The notes: generated by a model from the sequence alone, not told the origin. Shown: positions 1-11,079, counted from the first letter of the stretch. The stretch: 64,000 bases of DNA from Parcubacteria group bacterium Gr01-1014_13 (GCA_007376295.1 VMGB01000003.1:71106-135105); one strand, 5' to 3'. A program made the numbers and translations.

Positions 1-407
1 TCAACTTTACTTCCCAAAATAATACCGTCGCTATCTGCGACCAGATATTTAACCATATCCGCTAAATCAATCGTGGTCAAGACATCCCCATTTAAAATTA
101 TCGTTGGCTCATCGGGTTTGCTTACATATTCCAAAGCGTGCTTGATGGCGCCACCGGTGCCTAGTCTTTCCTGTTCAATCGCATAAATCAAATCCATTCC
201 ATCTTTGTGTAAACCAATAGTTTGATGTAAAACTTCGGCCAAATGGCCAGCAGCCAACACCACTTCAGTAACACCAATACTTTTTAATTTTTCTAACTGC
301 CACTCCAAAACTGTCTTGCCTTTTATTTCCAGCAAAACTTTGGGAATACTTTTAGTAATTTCTCCTAAACGAGTAGATAATCCTCCGCAAAGAATAATGG
401 CGTTCAT
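1..407 (-). CDS. Sugar-phosphate nucleotidyltransferase (NTP_transferase family), partial at window edge
   Basis: Manual translation from ATG at 407: MNAIILCGGLSTRLGEITKSIPKVLLEIKGKTVLEWQ, matching the GGxxTRL...PK motif; start overlaps the upstream ORF stop (ATGA). Confidence 0.88.
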   Translation of the reverse strand, partial: MNAIILCGGLSTRLGEITKSIPKVLLEIKGKTVLEWQLEKLKSIGVTEVVLAAGHLAEVLHQTIGLHKDGMDLIYAIEQERLGTGGAIKHALEYVSKPDEPTIILNGDVLTTIDLADMVKYLVADSDGIILGSKV

Positions 408-937
408 ATATTTAACAAATTCATTAGACAATAAGCTAAAGCAGCTACAAATGCTGCTACACCTAACCCACCTAAAACATCTAACGGATAATGCAACCCA
501 GCGTACACCCTTCCCCACACTACCCATAAAGCCATAGGCAATAAAGCCCAGGCTCCAGGAAAATCGAAAATACAAGCCATAAAGAATATAAGGAAAGCTG
601 ACATGCTATGATCTGACGGAAAAGTCTTCCAGCTCATTAGTGGCTTGAATAAAAGTTTAGTCTGCGGGTTGTTAATATATGGCCGTGGTTCCCGCACTGA
701 CAAACCAATCAAAAGATTAATCAACCAACCAATAATCCAGGCAACACCAAAAAATACTAGGGGCAAAAACACTAAACGTTTATCTGGCATACGGACTACC
801 AAGTCACTAGCAATATACCAACCAAGCATAGCAACTACCACCCACTCTGCACCAGCTCGGCCAAAACTATCCAGCAGCTTGGATTTGCCTGATAAACTGT
901 TAATTTTTAAGAAAATTTTTGTGTTTAAATCCATCAT
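404..937 (-). CDS. PAP2-family phosphatase (undecaprenyl-diphosphatase-like)
   Basis: RxxRP, FPSDHS and RVYAGLHYPLD motifs; hydrophobic helices. Confidence 0.9.
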   Translation of the reverse strand: MMDLNTKIFLKINSLSGKSKLLDSFGRAGAEWVVVAMLGWYIASDLVVRMPDKRLVFLPLVFFGVAWIIGWLINLLIGLSVREPRPYINNPQTKLLFKPLMSWKTFPSDHSMSAFLIFFMACIFDFPGAWALLPMALWVVWGRVYAGLHYPLDVLGGLGVAAFVAALAYCLMNLLNI

Positions 938-1138
938 AATTTACAATTATCTTATCAGCTTAAACCCAATTTGGCAACGATATGGCTTTACCTCTGGGGC
1001 TTGAAAATTATTATAAATAATGATATGCTTGGAACATTCACGGTATTAGTTTTGGACCAAAAATATTGCTCATTCAAAATTTATATGTTAAAATGAACTA
1101 ATAAATAATGCCCAGATAATTTATTTGATAGTTCAAAT

Positions 1139-1813
1139 ATGGCACGATTCGCAGACCACCAAAAAGCCCTTACGCTCCGAAAAGAAGGAATGAGTTATAG
1201 TCAAATAAAAAATATATTAAAAATTGGCAAGGGGACTTTAAGCCACTGGCTTCAAGATTACCCATTATCAAAAGAGCGTATTAAAGAATTAAGAGATGGT
1301 GGCGGCAAGAGAATTGAAAAGTACAGAGAAACAATGAGACAAAAAAGAGGGGCTAGATTAAAAGTAGTTTATGAATCCCAAAAAAAGATTCTCCTACCTC
1401 TAAATAAAAGAGAACTATTAATTGCCGGTCTGTTCCTTTATTGGGGCGAGGGATCAAAAAGCCACGCTACCGACCTTAGACTTTCAAATACAGACCCTTC
1501 AATGATAAAATTTTTTATAAAATGGCTAACCGTATGTCTACAGGTACCGAAATCTAAATTAAAGGTACAACTGCACTTATACAGCGACATGCATATCGAT
1601 AAAGAAATTAATTTTTGGTCTAACACCTTAAATATACCTGACACACAATTTATAAAACCCTATATAAAAACTAGTTTGCTAACAGACATAAACCATAAAG
1701 GTGGTTTTGGTCATGGTACATGTAATATAAAAATTGGAAATGCAAGACTGTCTGAAAAAATACTAATGACATTAAAAGTAATTACTGATAAATATACAAA
1801 ATTGCGCCTGTAA
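1139..1813 (+). CDS. HTH-containing hypothetical protein, possible degenerate LAGLIDADG-like domain
   Basis: N-terminal HTH (LRKEGMSYSQIKNILKIGKGTLSHWL); LYWGEGSK...SNTDP...FWS motif; 3' end overlaps tRNA-Ile. Confidence 0.6.
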   Translation: MARFADHQKALTLRKEGMSYSQIKNILKIGKGTLSHWLQDYPLSKERIKELRDGGGKRIEKYRETMRQKRGARLKVVYESQKKILLPLNKRELLIAGLFLYWGEGSKSHATDLRLSNTDPSMIKFFIKWLTVCLQVPKSKLKVQLHLYSDMHIDKEINFWSNTLNIPDTQFIKPYIKTSLLTDINHKGGFGHGTCNIKIGNARLSEKILMTLKVITDKYTKLRL

Positions 1814-1876
1814 CTCATCGGTTAGAGTGTCACGCTTATAACGTGGAAGCAGATGGTTCGACTCCATCCAGGCGCA
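1804..1876 (+). tRNA. tRNA-Ile (anticodon TAT/UAU)
   Basis: Cloverleaf: acceptor GCGCCTG/CAGGCGC, D stem ACTC/GAGT, anticodon arm TCACG-CTTATAA-CGTGG, T arm GATGG-TTCGACT-CCATC; no encoded CCA. Confidence 0.88.
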
Positions 1877-1923
1877 CAGATAAAACGACGGCGTTAAAAA
1901 AAGACCCAAACAAGGAAGAGCAA

Positions 1924-2232
1924 ATGCCAAAGAAGTCAAGAACAAAAAAACAAGCCACTAAAAAGGTTAAAAAGCCCGAAACCAAAAATCAAGAAGCGAT
2001 AGTTAGTAAGCTAGAAGAACTGTTCGTTGAAATTTTTGCCCATAATGACCTTGATCGGAAGGTATATATTTGTGGCCGTGGAACAAATCCTTTTGAAGCC
2101 GCCAACGTAGTCTATGGCATGCTCGACATCATTTATGGTGACGATAATGAATGGCGACGCGATAATCAAAAACGCATCGACGACTACAAAGCCGAATGGC
2201 GCAAAATACGTGAGGAAAACGTAGAGGATTGA
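1924..2232 (+). CDS. Hypothetical protein
   Basis: ORF; ATG at 1924 preceded by AAGGAAGAG; the longer ORF start lies inside the tRNA. Confidence 0.6.
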   Translation: MPKKSRTKKQATKKVKKPETKNQEAIVSKLEELFVEIFAHNDLDRKVYICGRGTNPFEAANVVYGMLDIIYGDDNEWRRDNQKRIDDYKAEWRKIREENVED

Positions 2233-2389
2233 ACACGGTATCTTTGTGCAAAATCAAGCGGCACGATACTATCGGTCCGCTTTTTTATTTCAATTAAACT
2301 CTTCTTTACTGCCAGCCACCATCATAACCTTGCCCTATTAAAAATAAAATGTTAGCATAGGATTAGTTACTTACAACAGAGGACAATTC

Positions 2390-3505
2390 ATGAGTACAAT
2401 TTTGACTCACGATGAAATTTATCGTTTGCCAAAAATAGACCTGCATCGCCATGTGGATGGCGCTATAAAACCAGAAACTTTGATAAGACTGGCCAAGGAA
2501 TTTGGGGTAAAGCTGCCTACCTACGAACTCGATGAGTTCACCAAGCTATACCAAATCACCGAACCAGACATGTCCATTGATCAAATTTTCCAACGATTCG
2601 GTTGGGGAATTGCGGTGATGCGCACGCCACACGGACTCCATGATGTTTTTCGCGAACAGGTACACGATCTGGCAGAGGAAAATATTTTGTGTGCCGAACT
2701 CCGATTTGCTCCCGGCTACCACAGCATCTATCCCCCTCCTTGGTACAAACCGGAAATGTATGAAACAGAACCATTTCCGGCAATGTCTTTGCACCAAACA
2801 GTGTGCTACGCCCTGGCTGGCATAGAACGAGGGATGAAGGAAACCGGTATCGCTGTTAACCTCACGCTCTCTATTCCTCGCGAATCACTTTCTGTGTGGG
2901 GAAAAAATAGTGTAGAAGCGATTGTAAAATTGGCACTTCAGTTTCAAAACGAAGGTGTGGTGGCAATAGATTTGGCCTGTGATGAATATACTTACACGCC
3001 AGATCCATATATTCCATACTTTCGCGCTACCAGAGGTTCGCGTATTCGACGCAACCCTCATGGCGGTGAAATGGGCTCGCCTGAGCAACGTCTAAAAAAT
3101 ATCGCGACCTGCTTAAATGGACTTAATGCCGATGGCATTGGCCATGCTCTTGAAATTTACCAGTCAATATATTTGATGTTTTTGGCCAGATGCAGAAACA
3201 TCCGTATTGAACGCACACCGCTAAGCCCAGTCCCTGGATGTTCACTTGCAGACGGACATCTGGATGTGTTGTTAAAACACAAAGTTCCGGTAGTAATTAC
3301 TTCTGATGATCCGGTGCTAATGCAGGCTTCCCTGACTGATAACTGGCTGGCCGCGCTAAACTATCATCAGTTTACTGATGAACAGTTTTGGCAAATGACA
3401 GCCAATGCTGTAAATACAGCTTTTTATCGTGACGAAGCTCAGAAAACACGAGTTCAAGAAGAATTTGTTAAGCGAGGATTAAGCGAATCTTTGCTAAGGA
3501 GATAG
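2390..3505 (+). CDS. add: Adenosine/adenine deaminase family protein
   Basis: PKIDLHRHVDG (HxH), ELRFAP, HGGE, SDDP motifs. Confidence 0.88.
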   Translation: MSTILTHDEIYRLPKIDLHRHVDGAIKPETLIRLAKEFGVKLPTYELDEFTKLYQITEPDMSIDQIFQRFGWGIAVMRTPHGLHDVFREQVHDLAEENILCAELRFAPGYHSIYPPPWYKPEMYETEPFPAMSLHQTVCYALAGIERGMKETGIAVNLTLSIPRESLSVWGKNSVEAIVKLALQFQNEGVVAIDLACDEYTYTPDPYIPYFRATRGSRIRRNPHGGEMGSPEQRLKNIATCLNGLNADGIGHALEIYQSIYLMFLARCRNIRIERTPLSPVPGCSLADGHLDVLLKHKVPVVITSDDPVLMQASLTDNWLAALNYHQFTDEQFWQMTANAVNTAFYRDEAQKTRVQEEFVKRGLSESLLRR

Positions 3506-3593
3506 TATTAGTTATGGCCGCCCTGAAACCCTATATAAAGGGAAGTACCGGCGGCCTCTTTTCTTTATCAAAGATAAATGGTACACTCTTCTC

Positions 3594-4541
3594 ATGAATT
3601 CCCTAAACACAATCATAGCTCCTAAAAATATCGCCGGACAACGGCTGGATATTTTTTTGGCCAAAAAACTCAAAATCAGCCGGTCGCAGGTACAAAAAAT
3701 GATTGGAGCAGAACAGGTTTTTGTAAACAAAAAATTACCTAAAAAACCAGGTGATAACTTAACCGAGGGAGCGGTAATAGAAATAAAAAAGGCAAAAATA
3801 ACTATAGAGGCTAAAGAAAAAAAGAAGGCCGCCCAAGTAAAGTTTGATGTAAAGATAATCACCGCCACCCCAGATTATATAATAGTTGAAAAACCTACTG
3901 GCATGCTCGCCCACCCCACCATGGCTGAAGAGAAAAACACCCTTGCGAATTTCATAATCAAAAAATATCCGGAAATAAAAAAGGTTGGCGATGATCCAAT
4001 GCGTCCGGGTATAGTACACCGATTAGATAAAGAAGCTTCTGGACTCATGGTAATCGCACGAACACAAAAAATGTTCAACCATTTAAAGGAACAATTTAAA
4101 AACAGAACTATCGAAAAGGAATATTTTGCTTTGGTGCACGACCCGATGCCCAGAAATTGGGACGAAATCAATTTCCCTATTTCCCGATCAGAAACTTCCG
4201 ACCGTATGGCCGCTATTCCTACTGGCGAGGCTAGCCGAGGCAAAGAAGCCAAAACAGAATTTCTGGTAGAGAAAAATTTTGTTAATTTTTCCCTCATACG
4301 CGTAAAAACCCACACTGGTCGTATGCATCAAATTCGCGTACACTTTTTGGCTTACAACCATCCGCTGGTGGGCGATCCGCTTTATTTTCAAAAAAAACAA
4401 AAACGAGTTTGGGATAAAAAACTAGCGCGCCTTTTTTTACATTCCACCAAACTGAGCTTTACTGATCTGGGTGGCAAGAAACAAACATTTGAATCGCCTT
4501 TACCACCGGAACTGACAGAATTTCTAAAATTACTTAGATAA
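3594..4541 (+). CDS. rluD: RluA/RluD-family pseudouridine synthase
   Basis: N-terminal S4 (RLDIFLA), HRLDKEASG catalytic motif, TGRMHQIRVH. Confidence 0.92.
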   Translation: MNSLNTIIAPKNIAGQRLDIFLAKKLKISRSQVQKMIGAEQVFVNKKLPKKPGDNLTEGAVIEIKKAKITIEAKEKKKAAQVKFDVKIITATPDYIIVEKPTGMLAHPTMAEEKNTLANFIIKKYPEIKKVGDDPMRPGIVHRLDKEASGLMVIARTQKMFNHLKEQFKNRTIEKEYFALVHDPMPRNWDEINFPISRSETSDRMAAIPTGEASRGKEAKTEFLVEKNFVNFSLIRVKTHTGRMHQIRVHFLAYNHPLVGDPLYFQKKQKRVWDKKLARLFLHSTKLSFTDLGGKKQTFESPLPPELTEFLKLLR

Positions 4542-4543
4542 TT

Positions 4544-5146
4544 ATGTCCAAAGGTTTACTCATAATCATCTCTTCTCCTACTGGGGGCGGCAAAGACGCA
4601 GTTATAGCCCGCCTGCTTAAAATTTTTCCAAATTCCACGAGGCTGATCACTACTACTTCACGCGCTCCCCGCCCAACTGATAAAGAAGGTGTAACTTACT
4701 ATTTCGTCTCCCCAGAAGATTTTGAAAAGAAAATAAAAGAGGGGTATTTTTTGGAATACAACAATTGTGTTGGCAATTATTACGGCACACCCAAACAATA
4801 CTTATCAGACCTATTAGCCAATCACGATTTAGTTTTCTCCAACCTGGATGTAAATGGCAAACATAGCATGGACAAATTGGGTGTAAAAAATATGTCATTC
4901 TTTCTCTTGCCCGAAAGCATGGAAATCCTAAAACACCGTGCCGAAAAACGGGGCGGTATGACAGAAAAAATGATTCAAGACAGAATTAAGCTGGCTGGCG
5001 AAGAAATAGACCAGTCTAGAGATTACGACTACCCTATTACCAATTACGAAGGCAAGCTCCAACAAACTACCGACAGCATAGCCGGGATTATTCAAAGACA
5101 CCTCAAAAACACCCCGCCTATTGACAAAATTCAGGAAAATAGCTAA
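4544..5146 (+). CDS. gmk: Guanylate kinase
   Basis: SSPTGGGKD P-loop, TTSRAPR, YYGTP. Confidence 0.93.
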   Translation: MSKGLLIIISSPTGGGKDAVIARLLKIFPNSTRLITTTSRAPRPTDKEGVTYYFVSPEDFEKKIKEGYFLEYNNCVGNYYGTPKQYLSDLLANHDLVFSNLDVNGKHSMDKLGVKNMSFFLLPESMEILKHRAEKRGGMTEKMIQDRIKLAGEEIDQSRDYDYPITNYEGKLQQTTDSIAGIIQRHLKNTPPIDKIQENS

Positions 5147-5174
5147 TATACGGCAACATTTAACTTAACTTCTT

Positions 5175-5510
5175 ATGACAGAAACTACAACAGCTACCGC
5201 CTATAAACCGGGAATGGTAGTAAAGGTTCACCAGAAAATTAAAGAAACAAATACCAAAGGCGAAGAAAAAGAACGTGTTCAGATTTTTGAAGGTATTATT
5301 ATCGCCGCCAAACACGGACAAGAATCCGGCGGTACCATCACAGTCCGAAAGATAGCTAGCGGCGTGGGTGTAGAAAAAATATTTCCTATTCACTCCCCAG
5401 CTATAGATAAGATTGAAGTGGTCAAACAATACGAAGTCAGTCGCGCTAAATTACACTTTTTACGCGATCCGGAATTTAAACGAAAAATGAAAGAAAAGAA
5501 AACTAAATAA
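5175..5510 (+). CDS. rplS: 50S ribosomal protein L19
   Basis: ERVQIFEGIII, TVRKIASGVGVEKIFP, RAKLHFLR. Confidence 0.96.
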   Translation: MTETTTATAYKPGMVVKVHQKIKETNTKGEEKERVQIFEGIIIAAKHGQESGGTITVRKIASGVGVEKIFPIHSPAIDKIEVVKQYEVSRAKLHFLRDPEFKRKMKEKKTK

Positions 5511-5517
5511 ATTCTTC

Positions 5518-5553
5518 AAACAAAAAATCCTCCGAGCGGAGGATTTTTTGTTT
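5518..5553. terminator. Bidirectional intrinsic terminator between rplS and uvrA
   Basis: AAACAAAAAATCCTCC-GAGC-GGAGGATTTTTTGTTT perfect inverted repeat between convergent genes. Confidence 0.85.
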
Positions 5554-5571
5554 GATTTAAGTTTTAAGTTA

Positions 5572-8412
5572 TTATATCGTCTTCAAATACTTTCCTGTCC
5601 AACTGGCTTTTGCTTTCATTATATCCTTGGCCGTACCTTGAGCCACTAACTTACCACCGTGTCGGCCACCAAGTGGACCCATATCAATTATCCAATCGGA
5701 ACAAGCGATGATTTCTAAATTGTGTTCAATTATCACCACTGTATTGCCTCTACTTACCAAACGATTGAGCACTTGAAGCAAGTGCTTAATATCTTCAAAG
5801 TGCAAACCGGTAGTAGGTTCATCCAAAATATATAAAGTCTTACCAGTAGAACTGCGTGACAATTCTGTGGCGAGCTTTACTCTCTGCGCCTCACCGCCAG
5901 ATAAATTGGTGGCAGGCTGACCCAAGTGCATATATCCCAGACCAACCTCACGCAAAATATTTAACTTGTCAGAAATATTTGGTATATCACTAAAAAATGT
6001 TCTCGCCTCATCTACCGTCATATTCAACACATCAGCAATATTTTTGTTGCGATAGTGAACTTCTAACGCTTCACGGTTATATCTGGCACCATTACATTCA
6101 TTGCATTGTACGTAAACATCAGCCAAAAATTGCATCGGGATGCGCATATACCCCTCACCAGCACAGGCTTCACAGCGGCCGCCGCCTTTGACATTGAAAC
6201 TAAATTTACCCGCATCATAGTTGTTCATTCTTGCTTCTGGTAAGTCGGCAAACAAGTCTCTGATAAGAGTAAAGACGCCGGTGTAAGTAGCTGGGCTGGA
6301 ACGCGGAGTGCGGCCAATTGGAGATTGGTTGATAGCAATCACTTTATCTATATTAGCTATGCCTTTAATCTCTTTATGTTCTCCTGGTTCGTCTTTGGCG
6401 CGATAAAAATGCTTGGACAAAGCTTTGCCTAAAATATCTATTACCAAAGTAGATTTACCCGAACCAGAAACACCGGTCACGCAAACCAGTTTGCCTAACG
6501 GAAACTCTACATTCACATTTTGTAAATTAAAGGCTGTAGCGCCAATAATTTTTATAGATTTATTATTCTTGTTCTTACTGTTATCTTTAGCGCAGGTAAT
6601 TTTTTCTCGGCCGGATAAATAGTCTCCGGTGAGAGATTTTTTTGTCTTTTTTATTTGCGCCACTGTGCCTTGAGCCATAATTTGTCCGCCGCCCACGCCT
6701 GCACCGGGCCCAACGTCGATAATATAGTCGGCAGCTTCCATCATGGCGCTGTCGTGCTCGACCACAATTACGCTATTACCCATATCACGCAGTGAACGCA
6801 AAGTTTCAATCAACATTTTGTTGTCCTTGGGGTGAAGACCGATACTTGGTTCGTCTAATATATAGATAACGCCGATTAGTCCGGTAGACAACTGGGTGGC
6901 CAATCTGGTACGGGTTACTTCTCCGCCAGATAATGTATTCATTGATCTGTCCAAAGCTAGATAGCTTAAGCCAACTTTTTCTAAACTTTCTAATCTTTGG
7001 ATTATTTCTTTTAAAATCGGTTTAGCAACAGTTTCTTTCTGAGTCTGGCTTAATCCGCCAGCCCCAACATTTACCGGAAGTTTGGCAGATACTTTTTTGA
7101 AAAAAATAATATTGTCTTCAACGCTTAATGCAGACAGATCAGCAATGTTATATTCCCCTATTTTTACAGCCAAGGAATTCTTGTGTAGACGCTTACCCTT
7201 ACAAACCGGGCAGATAGCCTCGCGCATGTACTGCTCTATTTCCTTGCGCACATATTCAGAATCAGTTTCCAAATGTCTTTGTAGTAAATTTGGAATAACA
7301 CCGGGGAAGGCAGTTTTTTTGCCGTCAATTACATACTCTTCTGATCCAGTACCTTGTAAAATGATATTTTTTATCTTCTGGTTAAATTCTTTAACTGGTG
7401 TATTTACAGAAAAGCCGTGTTTCTCGGCCACAGCGGCAATAATTTTTTGATACCAATTTTGATTGCCGGTAATTCTCATCCAAGGCTGAATAGCGCCTTC
7501 GGCCAAAGTGAGGCGGTCATTAGGAATCACTAATTGTTCATCTACTTCCTGAGTAATGCCTAAACCAGTACAACGCGGACAAGCACCATAAGGGCTGTTG
7601 AAACTAAAACTACGCATATCCAAAGTCGGCATAATTTTACCGCACTTTGGACACAAGCCGGAAGTAGAAAAAGTTTCATCGTTTTTGCCATCGGCCAGCA
7701 TTACTAGACCGTTACTCAAATCCAAAGCGCTCTCTACCATTTTCATTAAATCTTGTTTTTGAAAATCAGTTACTTTGCCTATAACTAACTCTACGCTGTA
7801 TAACTTATTTGCGGAAAACTCATATTTTGCCAAGTCATTTATTTTCATCACTTTGTCATTTACCCGCACCCATTCATAGCCAGACTTCTCTACTTTTTCG
7901 AGTAGTTCATCGGCTTTTACTTTAGCCTCTTTGGCTATTGGTGAAAGCACAAACAATTCACCGCTTTTACGAGCGCGGCGGCGGACTTCTTCTAAAATTG
8001 CGCCAGGAGTATATGATTGCACAGCTTCGTGGCAATCTGGACAATACTGCTGACCGATACGGGAGAATAACAAACGAAGATAATCGTAAATTTCTGTTAC
8101 TGTGCCCACAGTGGAGCGAGGATTTTGCGTATAACTTTTTTGATCAATAGCGATGGTTGGTGACAAACCTTCAATACTGTCTACATCCGGCTTATCGCGC
8201 ACTTCCATAAACTGACGCGCATAAGAAGAAAGGGATTCGGCATAACGGCGCTGGCCTTCAGCATAAATAGTATCAAAGGCAAGGCTGGATTTGCCCGAAC
8301 CAGACAAACCGGTGATTACCACCAATTTGTTTTTGGGTATTTCCAGAGAAACGTTTTTAAGGTTATGGACTCTGGCGCCTTTGATGATAAGTTTATCGTT
8401 CTGTGGAGGCAT
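5572..8412 (-). CDS. uvrA: Excinuclease ABC subunit A
   Basis: Two ABC ATPase domains ([18 protein letters not shown]), LSGGE signatures, zinc fingers. Confidence 0.97.
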   Translation of the reverse strand: MPPQNDKLIIKGARVHNLKNVSLEIPKNKLVVITGLSGSGKSSLAFDTIYAEGQRRYAESLSSYARQFMEVRDKPDVDSIEGLSPTIAIDQKSYTQNPRSTVGTVTEIYDYLRLLFSRIGQQYCPDCHEAVQSYTPGAILEEVRRRARKSGELFVLSPIAKEAKVKADELLEKVEKSGYEWVRVNDKVMKINDLAKYEFSANKLYSVELVIGKVTDFQKQDLMKMVESALDLSNGLVMLADGKNDETFSTSGLCPKCGKIMPTLDMRSFSFNSPYGACPRCTGLGITQEVDEQLVIPNDRLTLAEGAIQPWMRITGNQNWYQKIIAAVAEKHGFSVNTPVKEFNQKIKNIILQGTGSEEYVIDGKKTAFPGVIPNLLQRHLETDSEYVRKEIEQYMREAICPVCKGKRLHKNSLAVKIGEYNIADLSALSVEDNIIFFKKVSAKLPVNVGAGGLSQTQKETVAKPILKEIIQRLESLEKVGLSYLALDRSMNTLSGGEVTRTRLATQLSTGLIGVIYILDEPSIGLHPKDNKMLIETLRSLRDMGNSVIVVEHDSAMMEAADYIIDVGPGAGVGGGQIMAQGTVAQIKKTKKSLTGDYLSGREKITCAKDNSKNKNNKSIKIIGATAFNLQNVNVEFPLGKLVCVTGVSGSGKSTLVIDILGKALSKHFYRAKDEPGEHKEIKGIANIDKVIAINQSPIGRTPRSSPATYTGVFTLIRDLFADLPEARMNNYDAGKFSFNVKGGGRCEACAGEGYMRIPMQFLADVYVQCNECNGARYNREALEVHYRNKNIADVLNMTVDEARTFFSDIPNISDKLNILREVGLGYMHLGQPATNLSGGEAQRVKLATELSRSSTGKTLYILDEPTTGLHFEDIKHLLQVLNRLVSRGNTVVIIEHNLEIIACSDWIIDMGPLGGRHGGKLVAQGTAKDIMKAKASWTGKYLKTI

Positions 8413-8497
8413 ATTTGATTATTATGAAGAGTGCTAAATTCAGTGAGCTATTGTACCAGGTTTTTGCAAGATGTCAACAGAGGCGACGGCAATATCA

Positions 8498-8520
8498 AAA
8501 CCCCGCCTTGAAGCGGGGTT
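8498..8520 (-). terminator. Intrinsic terminator downstream of the pilin-like gene
   Basis: AACCCCGC-CTTGAA-GCGGGGTT hairpin followed by a T tract on the minus strand. Confidence 0.6.
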
Positions 8521-8547
8521 AATTCACAAGTGTATTAAAGCAGAAAA

Positions 8548-9990
8548 CTACTTATATTTTTCTTCCCAATACTGTTTATAATATTCATATGCTGGATCCG
8601 AATCTTTATACACGACTCTTACACTATTTATATCTATACTTTGTCTTATTATCCCTTTCTTAAAATCTTCTATGCTAAACATATATTTTGGATCAACTTT
8701 ATGCCCATGACTGGTAAAATAATAAGCGCTACCTACATATATTTTTGTATCATACCCCAAGTCTACACCATTCCTTCCAAAAAAATGAAACTCGTTTGAT
8801 CCATAAGGATATTCAAGCTCTAATCTTAAGACAAACCCTTTAAACCCACCCAGATTTTCACAACTCCCGGTCGCAGACGCTGAATCCTCTAATTCCTGAA
8901 GAGTTGATTCTATATAATAACTTTTTCCTTCAATTTCAACCCCTTTGAGAAGTGATGAGTCCCCGCCCACATCGCTTGTGATACTAGTATTATGATCTTT
9001 TTGTTCATTGCAAACATAATCCAACCATACATGATCATTTTTAACTGGCCGGGATGAAAACTCACCAGCTATTTTAGCACCAATATCACCTGGGGATAAT
9101 TTAATATAATTTATTAGCCCACCTATTCTTACATTTCCACAGATGTAATTTTCTCTTTTACCTACTTTATCAAAACATGTTTGATTTACCCCAGGACAAA
9201 TATCCCCCATACAAGGAGTCTTGCCTCCGGCCTCCACAAAAAACCTCTCTCCGCAATGAAATATATCTTTATCTGTAAGCTTCCATTTAAAACCATCCGC
9301 TTTTCCGCCAGCTGTTTCTGGAGTAACTGGTTTCGCTTGTTCTGTTGCGCCAGCAGCGTGCATAAATTTAATTTTTCCCTCTTCACCAGGCTTCTCCAGC
9401 TGACTACAAAATTCCGGGGTCAATGATATAGGCTTTACCATCCAAACCTGGGGCAATCGTAAATTTACCAAAGCCGGATTGATGCTGTTAAGAACAAAGT
9501 AAGACATGTAACCTATAAAAAGACCGATTAACGCCCCAGCAATTCTTTTTTTAGCACTGCCGATAGCTTCGCTATTGCCACCAGAAGTAATCCATTGCAC
9601 CCCGGCGATTAATATCATTACTGCCGCCACAATGCTGGCAATGGTGAGCATGTACTTGTACATCAGAACTATAAAATCACCAATATTGGTAAATTCAGAT
9701 TTACCGCCAAAAGAAATTTCGGTTTTGGTTGTGCCTGCAGGCAGACACCGACCCCATTTCAGAGGACCTTCTCCTCCCTGACAAGGAGCCACTGAAGCGT
9801 TGCTAACAAAACCTTCTTCGCCTGTACCACTACCACCATATTGTTTTCGAAATTTCTGACAATCTTCTAAATGCCAACAAAAAGGATTGGTTTCAGGAAT
9901 ATTACTTGTGTTGTCTGTGGCAGCAAAAACGGGAGAAGAAATTAAAACCGTAAAAAATAATATTATGATGATTGTTAATTTTTTTAACAT
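8548..9990 (-). CDS. CPR pilin-like (TrbC/VirB2-like) membrane protein with Cys-rich extracellular region
   Basis: Signal peptide; IAGVQWITSGGN...AKKRIAGALIGL...VLNSINPAL pilin-like motif. Confidence 0.75.
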   Translation of the reverse strand: MLKKLTIIIILFFTVLISSPVFAATDNTSNIPETNPFCWHLEDCQKFRKQYGGSGTGEEGFVSNASVAPCQGGEGPLKWGRCLPAGTTKTEISFGGKSEFTNIGDFIVLMYKYMLTIASIVAAVMILIAGVQWITSGGNSEAIGSAKKRIAGALIGLFIGYMSYFVLNSINPALVNLRLPQVWMVKPISLTPEFCSQLEKPGEEGKIKFMHAAGATEQAKPVTPETAGGKADGFKWKLTDKDIFHCGERFFVEAGGKTPCMGDICPGVNQTCFDKVGKRENYICGNVRIGGLINYIKLSPGDIGAKIAGEFSSRPVKNDHVWLDYVCNEQKDHNTSITSDVGGDSSLLKGVEIEGKSYYIESTLQELEDSASATGSCENLGGFKGFVLRLELEYPYGSNEFHFFGRNGVDLGYDTKIYVGSAYYFTSHGHKVDPKYMFSIEDFKKGIIRQSIDINSVRVVYKDSDPAYEYYKQYWEEKYK

Positions 9991-9999
9991 AATTAAAAT

Positions 10000-10722
10000 T
10001 TATAGCGTTTTAATATATTTCTCCCATGTCTCCCAAGGCACGACGCCTTCTAATTTTTTGCCATTTACAAAAAATGTTGGCGTACCTCCTACTCCAAACC
10101 GGAAACCATCAGCATAATCTCTGTTTACTTTTATACTCGTGGCACTGGAATCCAAACACTTTGTTAATTTGTCTAATTCCAAATCAGTATCACTGGCCAG
10201 GCTAGCAAGATCCTCTGCCGCCAAATAGAGCGGCAGGCTGTCTTGCTTGGCAAATAAATAATTATGAACAGCCCAGTACTTTCCCTGACTATGGGCGCAA
10301 GCGCCGATTTGTGATATTTTTGTGGTGCCAGCATGAATTGATTCGGCTGGAAATTGTCTATAAATTACTTTTATTTTATAGCCGTATTTATTAGCCAATT
10401 TTTCGACTGTTGGCCAAGCTTCCTTTGTATATGGGCAACGAAAATCACCAAAAACTACAATTGTGGTAGAGGCATTAGGATTTCCCAAAAAAGGAAAATC
10501 CCCATTTTCCAAAGCATTTCTATCTACTTTTTCGCTACTCTGATTTTTGACCTGCAAAGAAGTAAAGCCACTATATACTTGCTGTTGTAAAAAATCCCCC
10601 TGACCATGTTTTATTTGCCACAAAAAATTAACTGTTATTACCCCAAAAGCCAAAAGGCCAAAAAGCACCAGTCCTCCCAGACCCAGCAGCGCTACCCCCC
10701 AAGCAGTTTGATACCAACGCAT
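10000..10722 (-). CDS. DsbA-family thioredoxin-fold protein with atypical CPYT site
   Basis: N-terminal TM; FGDFRCPYT and GTPTFFVNG. Confidence 0.85.
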   Translation of the reverse strand: MRWYQTAWGVALLGLGGLVLFGLLAFGVITVNFLWQIKHGQGDFLQQQVYSGFTSLQVKNQSSEKVDRNALENGDFPFLGNPNASTTIVVFGDFRCPYTKEAWPTVEKLANKYGYKIKVIYRQFPAESIHAGTTKISQIGACAHSQGKYWAVHNYLFAKQDSLPLYLAAEDLASLASDTDLELDKLTKCLDSSATSIKVNRDYADGFRFGVGGTPTFFVNGKKLEGVVPWETWEKYIKTL

Positions 10723-10835
10723 AAACTAGAAGATATAATTAGGATTGAAGATATTATACTACAAAGGCCCATCATTGACAAAGCTTATCTCGTATGATAT
10801 AATGAATTTACTCTAAAATGCTTCTTAAATAAATT

Positions 10836-11054
10836 ATGTCTGCGAATACTTATAATATTATTCAATTTGTTCTTGCAGCTTTGCTTGTAACAGCCATTCT
10901 CTTACAACAAAAAGGCACTGGACTAAGCGGCGTTTTCGGCGGTTCTAGTAATATTTACAGCACAAAACGCGGCGTAGACCGAATCTTATATCTTTCCACT
11001 ATTGTAATTTCAGTAATTTTCTTTGGTCTTTCTTTGGTTAGACTCGCCTTCTAA
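10836..11054 (+). CDS. secG: Preprotein translocase subunit SecG
   Basis: ILLQQKGTGLSGVFGG...TKRG; two TM helices. Confidence 0.92.
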   Translation: MSANTYNIIQFVLAALLVTAILLQQKGTGLSGVFGGSSNIYSTKRGVDRILYLSTIVISVIFFGLSLVRLAF

Positions 11055-11079
11055 TGGCTAATATCTAACAAAATCTTCT

